From Octopus vulgaris (taxonomy: Eukaryota): a stretch of DNA of 64,000 nt. The position numbers were made by a program, and so were the translations under genes. A model generated the notes under the pieces. That model was given only the letters and a program-made list of their open reading frames with translations. It had not been told where the DNA came from and did no database searches. How positions within the stretch are numbered: position 1 is the stretch's first letter; each line of letters starts with the position of its first letter. Location of the stretch: contig OX597841.1 of NCBI GenBank assembly GCA_951406725.2, positions 4,030,001 to 4,094,000 of the forward strand. Reading direction: 5' to 3'. Positions 55,346 through 64,000 of this stretch are shown here, in pieces.

Positions 55346-56700
55346 ACTAGGTTGTTCCGAAAATAAAAGCCGATTTCAGAAACATAATTTTATTCTGGAA
55401 AAATTAACAATAGAAATGTTTTGATTAGTCAAAGTATGAGCCGTGAACGTCTATGCATCTCTACCATCGATTAATGAGATTATTTATGCCTCGTTGATTA
55501 ACACTTATTGGCTTCCATGCTAAGAAATCTTTGAAAGCTGATTCCACCTCTGGTTTGAACCTGAAAGTTTTATCGCTTAAAAACGTGTTTAAATGCTTTA
55601 AAAATGGTAGTCAGTGGGTGAAAGATCAGGAAAATATGGAGGATGTGGTAAAGTCTCGTATTCCAAATCTGTGTGTTTCTACAACGTCATTCTTGCAACA
55701 TGTGGCTTTGCATTATCGTGGAGCAGGATTGGGTCACGCCGATTCACCAATGCAAGTCTCATTTTTTGCAAGTGAGCACGCATTTCGGCGAACTGATTGC
55801 AGTAATGCTCTGTAATGCTCTGATTGGCTTCCAGAAAGCTGTATGGGACAACACCAATTGCAGACCACCAGACAGTCACCATAATCTTTTGCTGATGCAA
55901 CTTTGGGTTTGGGAAATGTTTGGGAGACTCATCACGATCAAGCCATTGACCTAATCGTTTACGGTTATCATAAAGGATAAAGACGGCAAGCTGGCAGAAA
56001 CGTTAGCACGCCGGGCGAAATGCTTAGCGGTATTTCGTCTGCGTTACGTTGTGAGTTCAAATTCCGCCGAGGTCGACTTTGCCTTTCATCCTTTCGGGGT
56101 CGATAAATTAAGTAGCAGTTACGCACTGGGGTCGATGTAATCGACTTAATACCTATGTCTGTCCTTGTTTGTCCCCTCTGTGTTTAGCCCCTTGTGGGTA
56201 ATAAAGAAATAGGTTATCATAAAGGATCCACTTTTCGTCACAAGTCACGGTCCAGAAAAGGATCACTGGTATTTCGTAGAAAGAGTATCGAGCACATTTC
56301 AAAATGCCGAACCTTTTGATTTTCATTGAATTCATGCGGTACCCCTTTATCGAGCTTTTTCACTTTACCAATCTTCTGCAGATTGCGTGAGACCGTTGCA
56401 ATACCGACGCCAAGAACCTGAAACATTTCTCTGACACTTTGACATGGGTTTTATTCAATAATTGCTTTCGATTCTTCATTGTCAAGACTGCATGACGGTC
56501 CTCTACCATCTTCATCTTCAAGGCTCTCATCACCACTACGGAATTTCTGAAACCACCTTCGTACTGTGCGATCCCTTGTGGACCCCTCTTCCCATGCTCT
56601 GCTGATATTGGCAGCAATTTGGGAGGCAGTTTGTACCCAAGCTTGAACTCATGCAAGAAAAGTAAGCGAAGGTCCTTTTTCGTAATGTTTTTAATCTGCC
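55346..56700 (-). pseudogene. Decayed mariner (Tc1/mariner) transposase, interrupted by a SINE
   Basis: Frameshifted peptides include LRLLFLHEFKLG, VTCDEKWILYDN, KIMVTVWWS and LLHDNAKPH, with a YSPDL-like motif near 55610-55650. Confidence 0.92.
55979..56211 (+). mobile_element. SINE family B monomer with 16-bp target-site duplication
   Basis: ggttatcataaaggat at 55963-55978 and 56212-56227. Confidence 0.93.
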
Positions 56701-56830
56701 TTTTTGCTCCTCTCCCTTCGTCCCTTTCTTTGTTCCTCTCTCCCCCTCTCTCATCCCTTCTCTCTCTCTCTCTCTTTGCTCCTCTCCCCTCCTGTCTGTA
56801 TGCACTTCTCTCCCCCTCTCTGTATCCTCT

Positions 56831-56897
<67 letters not shown>

Positions 56898-56991
56898 ACT
56901 TTTCTCTGAGAGGAAGTCAAATAATCCTCTCGGTCCGAAAAATTTTTAATACCTGATGTATTACACATTTCTCCTACATGTGCAGTTTTGT

Positions 56992-57252
56992 GGAGGCACA
57001 TGGCCTAGTGGTTAGAGCAGCGGATTCGCGGTTGAGGGATCGCGGGTTCGAATCCCAGACCGGGTGATGTGTGTGTTTATGAGCGAAAACAACCGAGCTT
57101 CACGCGGCTCCGGCAGAAGGTAATGGCGAACTTCTGTTGACTCTTTCGCCACAACTTTCTCTCACTCTTTCTTCCTGCATCTTGCAGCTCACCTATACGC
57201 CAAGGAAACCGGGAAACCGGCCCTTATGAGCCAGGCATGGCTCGAGAAGGAG
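56992..57252 (+). mobile_element. SINE family C with 15-bp target-site duplication
   Basis: A/B boxes present; catgtgca(g/a)ttttgt at 56977-56991 and 57253-57267. Confidence 0.88.
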
Positions 57253-57377
57253 CATGTGCAATTTTGTAACTCCTATTAAAGCAAGATACTTTATTTCACG
57301 TTGTCCCAGGCCACTCAGCTGGCAAAAGTGAGTAGTATCTGTATTTCAAAAGAACTTGTCACATTCTGAGTCACACT

Positions 57378-57378
57378 G

Positions 57379-57417
<39 letters not shown>

Positions 57418-57716
57418 TTCGCGTCCGCTTTCCATGCTGGCATGGGTTGGACGGTTCAACTGGGGTCTGGGAAGCCAGAAGGCTGCACCAGGCCCAGTCT
57501 GATCTGGCAATGTTTCTACGGCTGGATGCCCTTCCTAACGCCAACCACTCCATGAGTGTAGTGGGTGCTTTTTACGCACCACCGGCACGGAGACCAGACG
57601 AGGCTGGCAAACAGCCACGGTCGGATGGTGCTTTTTACGTGCCACTGGCACGGAGGCCAGTCGGGGCGGCGTTGGCAACGGCCACGGTCGGATGGTGCTT
57701 TTTACGTGCATTTTTA
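57378..57716 (-). mobile_element. 3' end of a LINE or LINE-tailed SINE with (GAT)n tail
   Basis: (CAT)n tract followed by ttctacggctggatgcccttcctaacgccaacc, which resembles common invertebrate retroposon 3' ends; internal short repeats. Confidence 0.6.
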
Positions 57717-58101
57717 CGAGAAATACACTAAAAGTACACGTGTCTGTTTAGTGCTCAGCCATTCGCACGTTAAATTCACGTGCAGGCTGTTCTGTTGATT
57801 GGAACCGACGGAGTGTTTATATTATGAAGTAAAACACATGTAATGGTGAACAAATTTTCTAATCTACTGTTTTGATACATGCATGTAGAATAAATACGTG
57901 TGTTTGTGTGTGTGTGTGTGTGTGTGTATTTGTGTGTGTGCTTGTGTGTGTATTTGTGTGTGTGCATGTGTGTGTGTGCGTATTTGTGTGTGTGTTTATG
58001 TGTGTGTGTGTATTTGTGTGTGTGTGTATTTGCGCGTGTGTTTGTGTGTGTGTTTGTGTATATGTGTGTGTGCATGTGTGTGTGTATTTGTGTGTGTGTG
58101 T

Positions 58102-58145
<44 letters not shown>

Positions 58146-58332
58146 TTGTGTGTGTGTGTGTGTAGTTGTGTGTGTGTGTATTTGTGTGTGTGTGTGTGTG
58201 TGTGTATTTGTGTGTGTACATGTGTGTGTGTATTTGTGTGTGTGCTTGTGTGTGTGTATTTGTGTGTGTGTGTGTACTTGTGTGTGTGCTTGTGTGTGTG
58301 TGTGTGCTTTTGTGTGTGTGTGTGTATTTGTG

Positions 58333-58382
<50 letters not shown>

Positions 58383-58549
58383 TGTGATCAGCACAAAGTG
58401 TTCGTATTTGTTTTCAAATACACTCATATACACTCACAGGCAAATACACACCACCGCCACCTCAACACCGCCGACTCAACGCCAGGACATAACCTAAAGC
58501 ACACACACACACAAATACACACACACACACAAAGCACACACACACACAA

Positions 58550-58605
<56 letters not shown>

Positions 58606-58658
58606 ACATACACAAACACACAAACACACACATACACACACACATACATAAACACACA

Positions 58659-58690
<32 letters not shown>

Positions 58691-59009
58691 TACACATACA
58701 CACACACTCGTGCACACACATAGACGACGCGCGAGATTGCATGTGCAGTCGATGAAATTGAATCCGCCCCCGTATCATGACCGAACATCCCGCATCCACC
58801 GCTGCAGAAAAAATCTGAGGGAAAAACAAACACATTTTAAAGTTGTGGTAAATTAAGTTTACACTACTTAGAGTGACACTCGAACCATCGCCTGCAAGTG
58901 TCACAATGTAACATAAACTAACCGTGGAAGGAAGCGAAGGAGTGTTTTGAGGCCGGGGACAGCTGTCAACGTCAAGTGTGTACTCTGGTTTATATCATTA
59001 TCTCTCCTC

Positions 59010-59177
<168 letters not shown>

Positions 59178-60085
59178 GCTATCTGTCCATCTGTCTGTTT
59201 ATCTCTCTCTCTCTCTCTCTCTTTCTGACTCTGTTTTTCTTCCTTTCTATCTCTCTTTGCTCTTCTCTCTCTCTCCTTGCTCCTCTCTCTCTTTCCCCCT
59301 CTCTTCCGGCATCTGTCTTTTTGTTCCTCTCCCTTCGCCTTTTTCTTTGCTCCTCTCCCCCTCTCTCTTCCCTTCTCTCTCTCTCTCTATTTGCTCCTCT
59401 TCTCTGCCCTCCCTCTTTTCTTCTCACTCCACCCTCTCTCTTTTCTCCTCCTCCTCCTCATCATCATCATCTTCATCATCTATATCTTTGCTCATCTTCC
59501 GTATGCTCTCTCCTTGCTCTTCCCTCTGCCGCCTCGCTCTTCCCTCCTCCTCCTCCTTATCATCATCATCCTCATCATCCATCTCTTTTCTCCTCTTCCC
59601 TGTTCTCCCTCTTTGCTCCTCACTCTACCCTTCTCTTTCCTCTCCTCCACCTCCTCCTCCCCATCATCATCATCATCATCATCATCATCTCCAATACTAT
59701 TGTAACTACTACAGACATCATCAGCTCCATACTACTACAATATGACCATCAACCACAATGGACTACCATACCAGTCTCACTCCAACCATCATTTCCTCCA
59801 CCTCCACTATCACCACGATCCCCACCATAAACCGCCACCATATTATAATACATTCTACACACCTCCTACTCCTCACATAACTCTGCCTCCATCATAACAC
59901 AACGCATACCTGATCCCCGCCGGTCATTATGACACATAACACAACTCACACACCTATACAATCCCCACTCGACTCTATGGTCATAACTTTAGTCATAACT
60001 TGACTCTATGGTCATAACACTGGTCGGTATGTCACACGAAAAGCAATTACCACCCTTCAAAGTAGCACAACCCACACGGCACATA

Positions 60086-60621
60086 CCTATTTCTTTACTA
60101 CCCACAAGGAGCTAAACATAGAGGGGACAAACGAGGACAGACAAAGGGATCAAGTCGATTACATCGACCCCAGTGCGTAACTGGTACTTGATTTATCGAT
60201 CCCGAAAGGATGAAAGGCAAAGTCGACCTCGGCGGAATTTGAACTCAGAACATAACGACAGACGAAATACCTATTTCTTTACTGCCCACAAGGGGCTAAA
60301 CATAGAGGGGACAAACAAGGACAGACAAAGGGATTAAGTCGATTACATCGACTACACTGCGTAACTGGCACTTAATTTATCGACCCCGAAAGGATGAAAG
60401 GCAAAGTCGACCTCGGCGGAATTTGAACTCAGAACGTAACGGCAAACGAAATACCTATTTCTTTACTGTCCACAAGGAGCTAAACATAGAGGGGTCAAAC
60501 GAGGACAGACAAAGGGATTAAGTCGATTACATCGACTACACTGCGTAACTGGCACTTAATTTGTCGACCCCGAAAGGATGAAAGGCAAAGTCGACCTCGG
60601 CGGAATTTGAACTCAGAACGT
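60086..60621 (-). mobile_element. SINE family B, 3 body units without head
   Basis: Tandem units abutting (CTA)n. Confidence 0.9.
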
Positions 60622-61078
<457 letters not shown>

Positions 61079-61309
61079 TTAGTATAACTTCCTCTGCCAA
61101 AACTAACACAACTGTCATGTCCGTGTTTACACCATCACCCCCACCCCCACCCCACCGCACACCCCTCATTATTTCCACAACCACCGTTATTGTACGTCGC
61201 ACACCACATAATACCAGCGCCACCGCCACCAACTGCACTAGAAAACGTGATGGATTTGCTAAGAAAATCGCGGTAGGGTGTCTTTGAGGGACTCAGATGA
61301 TCAGAGTGC

Positions 61310-61382
<73 letters not shown>

Positions 61383-61689
61383 TGTGTGTGCATATCTATG
61401 CATGTATGTGTCTGTATATGTATATATGGGTTTATGAGGCGTGGCCGTATGTAGGGGAGTGTATACGTGCATGGTCATGCATGAGTCAGTGTATGTATGT
61501 GTATATGTGTGTGTATATGTGTGTATATGTGTGTATGCGTGTGTACGTGTGTGTGTGTGTGTGAGTTTGTGTATATGCACGTGTCTGCTTATGTGTATGT
61601 GTTTCAGTGTGTGTGTGTGTGTGTGTGCGTGTGTGTGTGTATATATATGTGTGTGTGTTTTTTCTCTATGTAAATATATATATATATTC

Positions 61690-61723
<34 letters not shown>

Positions 61724-61888
61724 ATGTGTGCGTGTTTGTGTTTGTGTGTGTGTGTGTGTATTTGCGTGTGTGTGTGTATGTGTGCGTGTGTGTGTTTGTG
61801 TGTGTGTGTGTGTGTATGTGTGTTTGTGTGTGTGTGTGTGTGTTTGTGTGTGTGTGTATGTGTGCGTGTTTGTGTTTGTGTGTGTGTG

Positions 61889-61930
<42 letters not shown>

Positions 61931-62303
61931 CTATCTGGATTGTCACATGACACGCTGCATTAGCGTGATTGGTTAAATTGGACAAACTGATTTTAAATTA
62001 TGAGTAGGGAAGAGGGAAGATGGGGAAACTACGGGGCTGGGGTGGTTGATAAAGAAAGAGATAAGGTGCTTGTGTACGTATGAGTGTGCGTGTGTGAAAG
62101 TGCATTAGTTTAAAGCAATAAAGAAATGTGGATTTCAATTCTGAAGTGCACCCAAACAGCTCACCGCCCTCTCCTTAGATCCCTAGTACACATCCATACA
62201 TATATACAAGTACATTCCGTATACATACACGCATACATACACGTATGTACACAAAATATACGTAGATGCATACATATATGCGTACCTATTTACACACAAA
62301 TTT

Positions 62304-62376
<73 letters not shown>

Positions 62377-62515
62377 AGATAAGAAAATGGAGAAATGCAT
62401 CTAAATCAAATATCAATTATCAGATAATACTCAATCACATACTTTATTAAACCACCACAATTTACATCTCAATTTACAACCCCTATCTCAATTTGCAAGT
62501 ATATATATATATATA

Positions 62516-62919
62516 CCCTTTTACTCTTTTACTTGTTTCAGTTATTTGACTGCGGCCATGCTGGAGCACCAGCTGTAATCGAGCAACTCGACCCCGGGAC
62601 TTATTCTTTTGTAAGCCCAGTACTTATTCTATCGGTCTCTTTTGCCGAACCGCTAAGTAACGGGGACATAAACACATAAACACACCAGCATCGGTTGTCA
62701 AGCAATGCTAGGGGGACAAACACAGACACACACACACGCATATATATACATATATACGACGGGCTTCTTTCAGTTTCCGTCTACCAAATCCACTCACAAG
62801 GCTTTGGTCAGCCCGAGGCTATAGTAGAAGACACTTGCCCAAGGTGCCACGCAGTGGGACTGAACCCGGAACCATGTGGTTGGTAAACAAGCTACTTACC
62901 GCACAGCCACTCCTGCGCC
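62516..62919 (-). mobile_element. SINE family A, full length
   Basis: Homology to family A. Confidence 0.92.
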
Positions 62920-62934
62920 TACCACACAGCCACT

Positions 62935-63005
<71 letters not shown>

Positions 63006-63522
63006 CTATATATTTCTATGTATATTTATATATACGAGCGTATGTACATACGTGTATATGTGTGTGTACGTGTGTGTGTGTGAATGTACATGGGCGTGTA
63101 TCTATGTGTAAGTGGTTTTATACACCCTGTCGCGTATATTGGATAAAAGTACATTAGCGTATCTATGTCCAGACTACGAGATATAATGCCTGAAGAAAAA
63201 AGCCTCAGACGACGAGTCTTTGATATAATTCTACCGCACTGACACAACAACACCCTCAGGGGGAGAACACCACCTAAGGGGTTGCCAACTGGCTGATCTG
63301 ATATAAGTGAGTGACAGGTCCAAAGGGGCCTCGAAAGTGGGCTGTGAGAGTGAGGAAACTGTGCAGACTTTTTCTTAAATGTCTGACGTATATAACCGCA
63401 TTATGAGCGATTTAAACATCAAACGATATCTACTCTTGGTTACAGTTCTACTTAAGTTACAGTGTATATATACCATGCAGTTACACACACACACATTTGC
63501 ACACATATAGACACACACACAT

Positions 63523-63555
<33 letters not shown>

Positions 63556-64000
63556 CAAACACACACACACACACGCATGCACACAACATGCACATCCCCA
63601 CACTACATGCATGGGCAAATAGTGCGGCTGCTGGCCCCGGTCAAATCTTTCCAAAGTCAAATATTTAGCTTTTATCCTTTCCTGTTGAGTAACGTACCCA
63701 ATGATTAAAGGTTGATTATTCTCCCTTTTTCCCCATCTCTTTCTTTCTTTCTCTTTCTCTCATTTCTTGTATAATAGATTACGCTGCAATTTCAAATCGT
63801 TTTAGGGGCCATTCGTAAATGGGGGGGAAGTCTCGTGGTAGGCGCACGTAGCATACTCCGTCTCAAATGCAACAAAACCCGTTCAAACACATCATTGAAC
63901 CGGATGGACGTGGATAGGCCGATATCCTACGAAGAAGAGAATGGTTATAAGAAAGTATAATATAAGTGTGTGCACGTGTGCATGCCTGCCTGCGCGCGCG

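Overview
This is AT-rich, microsatellite-saturated, non-coding eukaryotic DNA. The tRNA-derived SINE families and repeat landscape point to an octopod cephalopod, which is an inference. I can support no intact host gene; nearly all listed ORFs are microsatellite or repeat translations. Recognisable elements are many SINE copies (at least 4 families), a decayed L1/Tx1-type endonuclease fragment, a decayed mariner transposase, a Helitron-like end and a 4.6-kb 20-bp minisatellite. The main signal is RNA-level: about 30 minimal type I hammerhead ribozyme (HHR) motifs from roughly ten short-repeat families, found by eye. Ten sit in a near-identical 360-bp tandem array (1-3538) that flips orientation at ~2440 and resembles a retrozyme or non-autonomous Penelope-like element. 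The others are in short elements, mostly next to (TA)n tracts and often with fold-back structure. Most have a tiny palindromic stem III (the dimer-cleaving type). Their cores show all of C3-G8, U3-A8 and G3-C8 at the tertiary pair, plus a recurrent U4C variant. The 360-nt unit also carries an unnamed covarying multi-hairpin domain and possibly a second, opposite-polarity nested hammerhead. All folds were made by eye and none is experimentally validated.
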